64,000 nucleotides of DNA from Thermodesulfobacteriota bacterium (GCA_965223335.1 OZ244991.1:2304001-2368000), one strand, 5' to 3'. Shown: positions 53,692 through 63,552, counted from the stretch's first letter. Notes: generated by a model from the sequence alone, not told the origin. Numbers and translations are program-made.

Positions 53692-55122
53692 CTAAGCCAG
53701 TACCCATGTATCCTTACTCCCCCCTCCTTGCGACGAGTTCACTACCAGCGATCCCTTTTTCAGAGCCACCCGTGTAAGCCCCCCCGGCATCACATATATA
53801 TCCTCACCATATAGCGCATAGGGCCGCAGGTCCACATGCCGTCCCTCAAACCTCTCACCCATCAACACCGGCACCCTCGAGAGTGCCAGCGTGGGCTGCG
53901 CAATGTAGTTCCTCGGGTCATCCTCGATCCGTTTTTTAAACTCCTCTCTCTCTTTTTTCGTCGATGCCGGTCCTATTAGTATCCCATAGCCCCCCGACTC
54001 ATTTGCAGGCTTTACTACCAGGTCCGCTAAATTACCCAGCACGTGCTTACGCTGTTTTTCGTCCCAACACACATAGGTCGGCACGTTGTTTAGTATCGGC
54101 TCCTCGCCCGTGTAATACTTTATTATTTCCGGCACATAGGCGTAAATGATCTTGTCATCCGCCACTCCCGTCCCCACGGCGTTTACCAGTGCCACCTGAC
54201 CCGACATATAGGCCTCCATAAGCCCCGGCACTCCCAACAGCGAGTCCTCTCTAAACACCTTCGGGTCCAGGAAATCATCATCCACTCTTCTGTAAATTAC
54301 ATGCACCCGCTGGTACCCGTCCGTGGTCCTCATAAACACCTGCCCGTCCGACACCACCAGGTCACTGCCGTACACAAGCTCTATACCCATCTCCCTGGCC
54401 AAAAACGAATGCTCGAAATATGCAGAATTGTAGTAGCCAGGGGTAAGCAGCACTGCAGTGGGCACCTCCGCCATCGTACTCCCCAGGTACCAGAGCAGGT
54501 CCCTAAGCCTGTTGGGATAATCCACCACCGGGCGTATCACCGAGTCCTCAAATAACCTTGGGAACGTGCGTTTAAGCACCTGCCGGTTCTCTAGCACATA
54601 CGACACACCCGACGGACACCTTAAATTATCTTCCAACACATAAAACTCTCCGTCACGGTCCCTCACAATGTCCGTACCCGATATGTGGCACCAAATCCCC
54701 CTGGGCGGAGTAAACCCCATGCACTCCTCCGTAAAACACTTGCTCGAATTTAGGAGCTCCTCGGGCACTACTTTGTCTTTTATGATTTTCTGATCGTTGT
54801 ATATGTCGTGTATAAACTTGTTAAGCGCATATATCCTCTGTGCAATCCCGTTTTCGATCTTATCCCATTCCTCGGCCTCTATCACACGCGGTATTATGTC
54901 AAATGGAAATATCCTCTCGGTGCTCTCCTCGTCGCCGTACACGGTGAATGTCACGCCCATTTGAAAGAGTCTAGCCTCTGTGGCCTTCTGCCGGCGCAGC
55001 AATTCCCCCTTCGTGAGGCTCGCTATCCTGTTTAGGAGTATTGAGGCTCCCGGTCTCGGGTTCATGGACTCGTCAAAGTACTCGTCATAAAACCCATCGG
55101 TCTCGTAATAGCTCAGGTCCAA
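53692..55122 (-). CDS. Circularly permuted type 2 ATP-grasp protein
   Basis: [36 protein letters not shown]. Confidence 0.92.
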   Translation of the reverse strand: MDLSYYETDGFYDEYFDESMNPRPGASILLNRIASLTKGELLRRQKATEARLFQMGVTFTVYGDEESTERIFPFDIIPRVIEAEEWDKIENGIAQRIYALNKFIHDIYNDQKIIKDKVVPEELLNSSKCFTEECMGFTPPRGIWCHISGTDIVRDRDGEFYVLEDNLRCPSGVSYVLENRQVLKRTFPRLFEDSVIRPVVDYPNRLRDLLWYLGSTMAEVPTAVLLTPGYYNSAYFEHSFLAREMGIELVYGSDLVVSDGQVFMRTTDGYQRVHVIYRRVDDDFLDPKVFREDSLLGVPGLMEAYMSGQVALVNAVGTGVADDKIIYAYVPEIIKYYTGEEPILNNVPTYVCWDEKQRKHVLGNLADLVVKPANESGGYGILIGPASTKKEREEFKKRIEDDPRNYIAQPTLALSRVPVLMGERFEGRHVDLRPYALYGEDIYVMPGGLTRVALKKGSLVVNSSQGGGSKDTWVLA

Positions 55123-55473
55123 TTATTTATCCTCTAACTATCTGTTATCTCAAGCTAATAACAATACCAGCTTTTGTGATTATTATAAAAATTGTATTGT
55201 TTCTTTTTTGTTGTTGCGTTACTCAAATCAAAAACAGGGACTGTCCCGCCTTACCATGTGGACTGTCCTTGTTTGGATGTCATATCTCAAATTGAGGCAA
55301 CCGCACGTGTACTGACCCCCTGATTTTTGCCTACTTTTGATCAAGGAAAAGTAGGAATCGAACAGGTATTTCGTATCGGCCTATCGATATACAATCCCTA
55401 TTACAAATAAATACCCGAAATAACAATTGTTTCTTTTTTGCACTAAAGATAAGAATTAACTCCACTCCCACAA

Positions 55474-55577
55474 TAAAAAAAATGGTAAAAGCAGGGAGCT
55501 CATCCTGCTTTTACCATAAGGAGGTATTGAGAGAATTGCCAGATGGTAGCATTATCTCAAATCTATTATTTCTTATA
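55474..55577 (-). ncRNA. Candidate sigma54-dependent sRNA with anti-SD motif
   Basis: Lies between a -24/-12 promoter and a strong terminator (55474-55517); contains ACCUCCUU. Confidence 0.45.
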
Positions 55578-55587
55578 TCTCTATATG

Positions 55588-55604
55588 TGCATTTCTCATG
55601 CCAA
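55588..55604 (-). promoter_or_regulatory. Sigma54 (-24/-12) promoter
   Basis: TTGGCATGAGAAATGCA with GG-N10-GC spacing. Confidence 0.55.
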
Positions 55605-55732
55605 AAGTCATCTGAAATCATAACCCCCTGCAATAATTGTATTTGATTATGTTTTGTGAAGTTTTAATGAAGACAATAATTTGTACTATGCCGCAAAATT
55701 CAACACACAATCCCAATATAACGGAACAAAAA

Positions 55733-56043
55733 AAGGGGTCTGTCCCGCTTTATCCGTGGACTGACCCCGTAGTTACGGAACAAAAAAGGGGACTGTCCCT
55801 CTTTACCCGTGGACTGTCCCCTTTTTTTATAACCTTTAGTCTTTCGCCTTTTCACAATGGGATTACAAATCCCAATCCCGACATTACGGCAATGGCGTAT
55901 AGAAAATAAGCTTGAGAGGCATTAAAAATGGATTTCGGGGGCACACAGTGTGTGCTCACATAAGATGTACGTCAATCTTTTGATATGCCGCAGCGCAATC
56001 CGTGTCGGTGAGTTTTGCATACTTTTGGTCAAGCAAAAGTATG
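55733..56043 (+). repeat. REP-like pair plus structured unit with replaced apex (55857-56043)
   Basis: Same consensus as other units. Confidence 0.8.
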
Positions 56044-56171
56044 AAGAGAAAATGTAATCTGTAACGATTTTACGATTTTCTAACCCGTTATGCTACTTGA
56101 TTGATTAACTATTATTTGTATTTGTAGTTGTAGTTTTTTTCGGTTCCAACGGCACCCTTGATAATGATCCC

Positions 56172-56480
56172 CTAATTCTCTATCTCCTCCACTATCTTCC
56201 TCACTATCAGATGGGGTATCTTCTCCATCACCTCTTCATCGTGCACCATAATTCCCGACATCAAAAACCCCAACAGCCCTACCTGTGTAAGGTACTCGAC
56301 ATTAAAATCATAAAGCTCCGGGTCCGTCTCTCTATCCACACCTCGCTCAATGCTCTCTACTATCTCCACTCTCACAAATTCACTTGCTTGCTCTACAGTC
56401 GCATCCGGCTCATCTTGCCTTTTCAACACACCGATATTAAACGCCGCCTTCACCGATTCCAACAGTTCTCCATCAGACAT
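56172..56480 (-). CDS. Hypothetical protein
   Basis: ORF with GGGGGAG RBS. Confidence 0.55.
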   Translation of the reverse strand: MSDGELLESVKAAFNIGVLKRQDEPDATVEQASEFVRVEIVESIERGVDRETDPELYDFNVEYLTQVGLLGFLMSGIMVHDEEVMEKIPHLIVRKIVEEIEN

Positions 56481-56682
56481 CAGATTCACTCCCCCTATCC
56501 TCAAATTTTATTTGGATCTAAAACTCTTTTCCGCACTCCCCAAATGGTTGTAAATAGGTGTAGCTACACCCTAGATTAGAGTATATCTGATAGTTAGATA
56601 TTTGCAAATACATCTATAATGTATTTGCTCTAGCATAATAAGCGGTTAATCAACTCTAAGAGCAGATAAAATCGATGTGTTA

Positions 56683-56940
56683 CTATACCCCTGTTACCCC
56701 TCCGACCAGTGCACCCAGCATACCGAGCGACACAAATATCATCGAGATTACAATTGCTATCGCCCACAGTATTAACGCTGCTTTACAGAAATTTGCCCTG
56801 TGCACATTCGAATCACTGCTAAACGCCCAATATAGGGTCATTACAAACCCTACTATCGGTATCGCCAGCACAACCAACGTTACTAGCCAGTCCCCTATTG
56901 TTAAGGTCTTGTCATGCTGTGCGACTGTTTCCGCACCCAT
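56683..56940 (-). CDS. Small membrane protein
   Basis: IGDWLVTLVVLAIPIVGFV...WAF....N...NFCKA. Confidence 0.7.
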   Translation of the reverse strand: MGAETVAQHDKTLTIGDWLVTLVVLAIPIVGFVMTLYWAFSSDSNVHRANFCKAALILWAIAIVISMIFVSLGMLGALVGGVTGV

Positions 56941-57020
56941 ATTCCCCTCCTCGCTTCGTTTATACGAGCCCCTCTCCTTCACCGTCACTCATAGCTCTTT
57001 AATAACTCTAACCTCGCGCT

Positions 57021-60000
57021 CTAACGCTGTCTCATCCTTCTAAACAGCACGATCGCCGGTATTACAAGCCACACCAACATCGGTGCAAACCCCGGGCTCC
57101 CACTCCCCGCAATGGCACAGCTTCCGTCATTATTGTCGCCGCTTCCACCGCCACCGCCTCCACCGCCGCCTTGGCCGACTGTTACCGTGGAGTTATTGTT
57201 AAAGGTCTGTCCACCCGCGCTTGCACTATAGCCGATTATGTACGTACCGTCCTCGGTCGGCACAAACGTGTGCACAAATATAGTTACTACCTGTCCCGGA
57301 ACTATATTGCCCAACTGACACTGTTCCAGTGTGTTGTTACATGTGCCCTGTTCCGTTTGCAGCCCGTCCAGCACAAACCCCGGCGGCAGATCAACATTGA
57401 AGATCACATTGTTAGCAACTGCTGCCGATGTCTGGTTCGCGACCATCACCGGTATCGTCACCAACTGCCCCGGCTCTGCATTCACAGAGAAGCTCGATGT
57501 AGTTACCTGCAGTAGCGGTATGGCGCTGCCCAATATATCCGTTACCACAACGTCATCGTTGTTCGCTAGGAACTGGTCAATCGACGCCGAGTTTACCGAC
57601 ACATTATTTGTCGCAAGCCCCCCGGCTACCGGGTTCACTATTATGTCTATCACTGCTGTTTCCCCGTTCGGAATGCTGTCTATATTACACCTGACTACGC
57701 TCTCTACGATTTCCGAACACACACCGTCGTGTGTAGATACAGCGCTCACGAAATCCACACTCGCCGGCAGCACGTCAGTTACACCCACACCCAGCGCCTC
57801 GTCCGGCCCTAGATTAGCAACCGATACCCTATATGTCATCGGCGTCCCGACTCCGGGCTGCGGAGTCAGCACCTCTTTCGTAACACTCAGGTCCGCTTTA
57901 TTCGTAATCTGAAGCGACCTGTTAAAGTAAGTACACACAACGAAATCATCCGGTACCAGGTCCACGCTGAGCAATGTCCCCGATGTATTGAACGTAGAGT
58001 CCGTCTCCACCATACAGTCTATGTCGACAAGGCTGTAATCCGGAGGTAAGAATTCGTCTACCGTATATGTCCCCTCAAATAAATCACACCAAGCAAATTG
58101 ATTGTGGCCTAAAAAGAATGTTCCATCCATAGGACAAGTCACAGGAAATCCTGTCCCCAAAAACTCAATCAGGTCCTCTTTAAACGGAAATATATCCTTA
58201 ACCACGAATAGTAATCCCGTCCTCTCAAAGACATACGCCGATCCCTCATCATCGTTTGCCCCTATATGATCATTTGGAGCCCCGGTTATAAACCTGTCCT
58301 CTGTAATATCCACCGAGTATCCAAACATATCATCAGCGGCCCCGTCCGAGGCACCCAGTGTTTGATCCTCCAGCCAGTTGCCGTCCATATCCCTCATAAA
58401 GAGCGTCACGGAACCCTGGCTGCCATTTGCATCCGGCGCACCGCCTATTGCCCAGTCCCCATATATGGCCACACCGGTCCCAAAGTGGTCCCCTGCAGCC
58501 CCGGCCACAGGTGTCAATATAGCCACCTCAGGCCATGTACCGCCACCATCATCTTCGGATATATATGCCGCACCCTGCTCAGCATCAACTCCAACATCAG
58601 TATTAGGCGCCCCTACTATAATTCTTTCTCCATGAATCGACACGCTTGTACCAAACCTGTGCCCTCCGCCCATTAGTCCGTCACTCGGGAAAAGAATCTG
58701 TTCTTCCATCCAATTGTCAGCACCATCATTCTGAAACACATAAGCTTCTCCAACATCCGAAGCAAAAATCTGATGATTTGGCGCACCTACTACTACCTGA
58801 TCACCATCCATTGAGACACTAGAGCCAAATAAATCATTAGCAGCCCCATCGCTGGATATTATCGCATCAACTTCGTCCCAATTCCCGGGCCCCTGCCGTT
58901 TAAATATAAATGCTGCTCCCTGATCGACATTTAGTACCGGACCGGGCAGTACAACATCGTCAAATGGAGCTCCCGCTATCGCATTATCTCCCGATATCGA
59001 TACACTCGAACCAAACCTATCGTCAACCTGCACGCCAATCGATTCAACTACATCCGCCAGGTTCCACACGTCCATGGGATCCCGTTCGTATATATACGCT
59101 TTACCTTCATCGCTATTTTCACCTGGAGCACCAACTATTAGCCTATCGTCATCAATCGACACGCTATAACCAAAATCAGAAAAGTTAAATACTCCACCGG
59201 GCTCCAATTTATCTACTTCAACCCAGTTTTGCGGCCCCTGTCTCTGATACACATAAGCAGCCCCTGCGCTGAAAAATCCACCGCCTGAAGCATTTGGGGC
59301 ACCTACTACAGCCCAATCTCCCGATATCGATACACTGGTTCCCACATGCGCATTAGCTATACCATCACTGGCCTCGAGTTTTTGTGCTTGAAAAAACGGG
59401 TCTATAACCACTGGATACACAGCGTTTCTGTCATCCACTGCTATTTGTATGCCGTCTGTATTACGAGCCATATTCGCATCAAGACGATTCCCCGTGGAAT
59501 CATAGGCAAACAACTTCCCATAACTCAGTTTAGCACCGTCCGGGTCCTGCCACGCGATTGTATTCTTGGCCTCTGCATCAACTGCCTCAACACCCTCAGC
59601 CGTATCCACATCGATATTTACCAATATAGTGCCTCCCCCCTCGGGCCTCTCGTGGATTGTGAATCCCTGCTCCAGACCATATGGGCTGTTTACATACCAC
59701 TCCGAAATCCCTGCCCTGTCGTACTCGAGCCTGTTTGCTTTTGTGCTGATTCGAGCCTCATCCGCACTCTCGAGCTCACCCGTCCTTCCCCACGACTCGA
59801 GCCTCATGTTCATAAGCTTCTGATCATCAATCTTTATAGTTATATTCGAGCTATTAAATTCGGTGCTAAGCCCCTGCGAACTCACCTCTGCCACATAACC
59901 ACTCTTATTCTCTATATGATATGAAAGGTGGTCACGGCCCAAGCTGTTTGCTACCGCAGCCATAAGCCCCATAGGCATTTTTTCACTAGCTTTTGAATGT

Positions 60001-60119
60001 GCACTTATCGAATTTTTGGGGTCTGAATTATCCACACCCTCAACCTGCCCTGTGAATAAGAGCGCAACGGCACATAGAATCAACATTAAGTATGTATTAC
60101 TAAAGTTCCTATATTTCAT
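57021..60119 (-). CDS. FG-GAP repeat and DUF11 surface protein with C-terminal anchor
   Basis: FG.SVSI.GD..IVGAP repeats; ADLSVTK; Gly linker, SCAIA, TM, basic tail. Confidence 0.85.
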   Translation of the reverse strand: MKYRNFSNTYLMLILCAVALLFTGQVEGVDNSDPKNSISAHSKASEKMPMGLMAAVANSLGRDHLSYHIENKSGYVAEVSSQGLSTEFNSSNITIKIDDQKLMNMRLESWGRTGELESADEARISTKANRLEYDRAGISEWYVNSPYGLEQGFTIHERPEGGGTILVNIDVDTAEGVEAVDAEAKNTIAWQDPDGAKLSYGKLFAYDSTGNRLDANMARNTDGIQIAVDDRNAVYPVVIDPFFQAQKLEASDGIANAHVGTSVSISGDWAVVGAPNASGGGFFSAGAAYVYQRQGPQNWVEVDKLEPGGVFNFSDFGYSVSIDDDRLIVGAPGENSDEGKAYIYERDPMDVWNLADVVESIGVQVDDRFGSSVSISGDNAIAGAPFDDVVLPGPVLNVDQGAAFIFKRQGPGNWDEVDAIISSDGAANDLFGSSVSMDGDQVVVGAPNHQIFASDVGEAYVFQNDGADNWMEEQILFPSDGLMGGGHRFGTSVSIHGERIIVGAPNTDVGVDAEQGAAYISEDDGGGTWPEVAILTPVAGAAGDHFGTGVAIYGDWAIGGAPDANGSQGSVTLFMRDMDGNWLEDQTLGASDGAADDMFGYSVDITEDRFITGAPNDHIGANDDEGSAYVFERTGLLFVVKDIFPFKEDLIEFLGTGFPVTCPMDGTFFLGHNQFAWCDLFEGTYTVDEFLPPDYSLVDIDCMVETDSTFNTSGTLLSVDLVPDDFVVCTYFNRSLQITNKADLSVTKEVLTPQPGVGTPMTYRVSVANLGPDEALGVGVTDVLPASVDFVSAVSTHDGVCSEIVESVVRCNIDSIPNGETAVIDIIVNPVAGGLATNNVSVNSASIDQFLANNDDVVVTDILGSAIPLLQVTTSSFSVNAEPGQLVTIPVMVANQTSAAVANNVIFNVDLPPGFVLDGLQTEQGTCNNTLEQCQLGNIVPGQVVTIFVHTFVPTEDGTYIIGYSASAGGQTFNNNSTVTVGQGGGGGGGGGSGDNNDGSCAIAGSGSPGFAPMLVWLVIPAIVLFRRMRQR

Positions 60120-60281
60120 AATTTTATCCTCCTGCTCCTCACTTTATCATTTAAACCGGCAATATTCAATATATCGCACATTTAAACGTTTAATTCAATA
60201 CCTTATAAATCCCTCAACAAATCTAAATCATTACTAAATCCTATAGCCAAAAGCTTTTGCCCACAACCCCTAGGAATAAGG

Positions 60282-60816
60282 AACTGACCCCGCACTCATG
60301 TATACGCACAAGGGGTCTGTCCCGCCTTATCATGTGGACTGACCCCGTAGTTACGGAACAAAAAAGGGGACTGTCCCGCTTTATCATGTGGACTGTCCCC
60401 GTACTTACATACATATCAAGGGGTCTGTCCCGCTTTATCCGTGGACTGACCCCGTAGTTACGGAACATAAAAGGGGTCTGTCCCGCTTTACCTTGTGGAC
60501 TGTCCCCTTTTTTTATAACCTTTTGTCTTTTGCCTTTTCACAATGGGATTGCAAATCCCAATCCGACATTACGGCAATGGCGTATAGAAAATAAGCTTGC
60601 GAGGCGTTAAGAATGGATTTCGGGGCTGTGGTTGGATAAATACATTCAGCATCAAGAGATTATTTTTAGCCATTTCCGTACAGTCGGTGATTTTTGCGCA
60701 CTTTTCATCGCGGAAAAGTGCGAAGTAGACAGGTAAGAAGTTACGGTTAACTGCTATATTATCCCTAGAGCAAATAAACTCCCGGCACTCCCTAAAAATA
60801 GGGTACGTGACCCCTG
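60282..60816 (+). repeat. Tandem REP-like array (~54-bp period) plus structured unit (60543-60722)
   Basis: Four ggggt/actgtcc..ggactga/tcccc hairpins. Confidence 0.85.
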
Positions 60817-62048
60817 TTTGGATCTCGAGTCCCACCTACCCACAACAACACCCCCGCCCCTATGGCCACTATCCCCACAGTTATAAGCGGCAGCTCAAAC
60901 AACATCGCGGCCAATAAACCCGCTATAAAGCCCGATATCGCCTCCGACCCCACCTGAAGCGCCTGATTATTCCCAAGCACCCGCCCCTGCTCCTCGGCCC
61001 CTACCATAAGCGATAACATCGACGAACACGCCGGCAGTGCCACCGCCAGTGCAAACCCGGGCAGAAAGAGCGTTATCCACAGCGCCCACTCGGACTTTGG
61101 TAATAGTATGACTAATGTAAAGAGCCCCATTAGTATCGAAGATACGATTGTAATGTTCCTCGCCCCATAGCGCTTTGCCAAAAACCCCGTCACCCACAGG
61201 TTTGCTATCACAATCGGCACCGCTACCCACGCGATAAAGTCCGCCACCCTGCCCACATGCATCCTGTACTCATCCACCAAATACATCGGATAAGCCCTAA
61301 AAAAACCAAATATTGCTAGATATATAAGAAAATTCACCAGGTATATGAACCTGATCTTCTTATTCGTTACCAGGCCCCCCAGGTTTGTAAATGCGTCTGT
61401 GTAATTAACACCGTTTCGCATCTCCTTGGGCCTTGTTTCACGAAAAACCCCGAACGTGTAGATGAATGTCAGTATCAGCAGCACAAACACCGCCCAGTAC
61501 GGTGTGGCATAGCTAAACCACGACACTACTGACGAGTCGGCCAGCTTCCCGCCCACAAGTGGCCCCACCACATACGCACTGCTAGCACTCATGTATATGT
61601 AGCCGAATAATCTGCTCCGGTTCTCCTCTGTGGTCACGTCCGCTATCGCACTCTGCGCTATTACAATATTGGCCTCGGCCAATCCCGTCACCAGCGATAT
61701 TGCCATTAGCAGCGGCATATACTCTATCTGCAGCGAATATGCAAAGATGGCATAGCATATCGTGGTCGCCACCAGCGATACGAGCAGTACCGGTCTCCTG
61801 CCGAACCTATCGGATAATGCGCCCAATACAGGCGAGCCAAAAAACTGCCCCAGCGGATATAGTGTCAGCACTATCCCCAGCACCACCGATCGGTCGCTTA
61901 TCCATGGGAACGACTCCACTATCCCCCCCTCGTCATAGAGGATCATGGGGGTGAGTATAGTTATCATCAGGCTGTAACCCACAAACCCGATGAAAATCAC
62001 AATGTACAGGGGGAGCAGTCTCAATACCCCAGCCGCTTTATTATCCAC
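60792..62048 (-). CDS. MFS transporter (TetA/DHA1-like)
   Basis: GALSDRFGRRPVLL motif A; about 12 TM segments. Confidence 0.9.
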   Translation of the reverse strand: MDNKAAGVLRLLPLYIVIFIGFVGYSLMITILTPMILYDEGGIVESFPWISDRSVVLGIVLTLYPLGQFFGSPVLGALSDRFGRRPVLLVSLVATTICYAIFAYSLQIEYMPLLMAISLVTGLAEANIVIAQSAIADVTTEENRSRLFGYIYMSASSAYVVGPLVGGKLADSSVVSWFSYATPYWAVFVLLILTFIYTFGVFRETRPKEMRNGVNYTDAFTNLGGLVTNKKIRFIYLVNFLIYLAIFGFFRAYPMYLVDEYRMHVGRVADFIAWVAVPIVIANLWVTGFLAKRYGARNITIVSSILMGLFTLVILLPKSEWALWITLFLPGFALAVALPACSSMLSLMVGAEEQGRVLGNNQALQVGSEAISGFIAGLLAAMLFELPLITVGIVAIGAGVLLWVGGTRDPNRGHVPYF

Positions 62049-62154
62049 TCTCGCGCACCAGCCAGTTTCGTTAGCAGACTATTATGCAGCATTAGTTGAA
62101 AATATAGAAACAATCTTACGCATCAATATTATTTTAATATTGCCTTTACCCTTA

Positions 62155-62725
62155 TAGTGTCGCAGACACTAGTCCGACATTCAGCGATATAAAAAGGGGT
62201 CTGTCCCGCCTTATCATGTGGACTGTCCCCGTACTTACGGAAGATAAAAGGGGTCTGTCCCTCAGTATCCGTGGACTGACCCCGTAGTTACGGAACATAA
62301 AAGGGGTCTGTCCCGCTTTACCCGTGGACTGTCCCCGTAGTTACAGAATAATAAAAGGGTCTGTCCCGCTTTATCCGTGGACTGACCCCGTAGTTACGGA
62401 ACAAAAAAGGGGACTGTCCCGCTTTACCCGTGGACTGTCCCCTTTTTTTATAACCTTTAGTCTTTCGCCTTTGCCCTATGAGGTCATAGACCTCAGTCCC
62501 GACATTCAGCGATTAGCGGCACACAGTGTGTGCTCACATAAGATGTACGTCAATCTTTTGATATGCCGCAGCGCAATCCGTGTCGGTGACTTTTGGCTAC
62601 TTTTGGTCAAGCAAAAGTAGCGAATAAATAGGTAAACATTATCGGTCTATAAAGATTTAGTCCGTAATGGCTAAACGGTAGTTATTCCCCGAATGGGATT
62701 ACAAATCCCAGTCCGACATTGGCAC
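62155..62725 (+). repeat. Tandem REP-like array (5 copies) plus structured unit and fragments
   Basis: ~53-bp period; unit at 62478-62621. Confidence 0.85.
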
Positions 62726-62733
62726 GATCCCCG

Positions 62734-63552
62734 CTATTTCTCCCCCACCAACACATTTTGGGCCAAACGTCCCATCTTCTTTCCGTCTGGGCTAAGCTTG
62801 CGTAGATAATGCGCAAGAATTTGTCGGTACTCATCTTGTTTCGTTTTAGATAGTGCCAGCAGCTTGTTCCTAATTGGCGTTCCATACACGAGTTCGACAG
62901 CTTCATCTATTCCACCTTCGATTACAAGCTCCCGTTCTTGACGCATCACCCTAACATCCTTAAACCCCGCGGTTGTGAAGCATCTTTCCATTTCGGACTC
63001 TGGCATATAATCAAACGTTAAATACATATAATGAGCAATCTCCCTTTCCCCAATTACATTAAGTGCGGTGCACATACATCCTATAATCGGATTATCGTCT
63101 ACAGAACTCCATGCGCTTACATATACCCTGCCTCCATCACGAAGCACCCTGTATATCTCACGCGCTGTTTCATCTTTATCCATAACAAATTGTAATCCCT
63201 GCTTAAACGTAACAAAGTCAACTGAGCCGCTGTCTATGTCGAGTACTTGCAACGATGACTCAATAAACTTGACTCGGTCGCTGTATTTTTCACAGCGCTT
63301 TTTGGCCAAATCCATCAATTCCTTGCTCAACTCTATACACGTTACAAACCCTTCAGGTCCAACAGCTTCGGCAGCCATTAAAGCAAATGTCCCTACACCC
63401 GATGCCAAGTTCAGCACATGCCGCCCTTCCCAAGGACCATTCTCTTCTATTACTCGTTTAGACCAGGGCTCAAAAAGAATAGGACCAAATACTTCGTCAA
63501 AATAACTCGCCACCGATCTATCTGGATCTTTGAATTGTTTATTATCTGCCAT
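62734..63552 (-). CDS. Class I SAM-dependent methyltransferase (UbiE-like)
   Basis: VLNLASGVG; EIYRVLRDGG. Confidence 0.85.
   Translation of the reverse strand: MADNKQFKDPDRSVASYFDEVFGPILFEPWSKRVIEENGPWEGRHVLNLASGVGTFALMAAEAVGPEGFVTCIELSKELMDLAKKRCEKYSDRVKFIESSLQVLDIDSGSVDFVTFKQGLQFVMDKDETAREIYRVLRDGGRVYVSAWSSVDDNPIIGCMCTALNVIGEREIAHYMYLTFDYMPESEMERCFTTAGFKDVRVMRQERELVIEGGIDEAVELVYGTPIRNKLLALSKTKQDEYRQILAHYLRKLSPDGKKMGRLAQNVLVGEK

Noticed and set aside
31207..60835. Short ORFs containing AKITDCTEMAKNNL or NPDITAMAYRK (31207, 38847, 49158, 53063, 55637, 60388, 60569)
   Set aside because: They are translations of the repeat, with inconsistent starts, stops and frames.
60282..62445. CRISPR array interpretation of the ~54-bp periodic hairpin repeats
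   Set aside because: Intervening segments are short and nearly constant (gtagttacggaac), and no cas genes are present.
16037..62725. Classical integron attC sites
   Set aside because: No RYYYAAC/GTTRRRY core ends, no integrase in the window, and flanking genes occur in both orientations.
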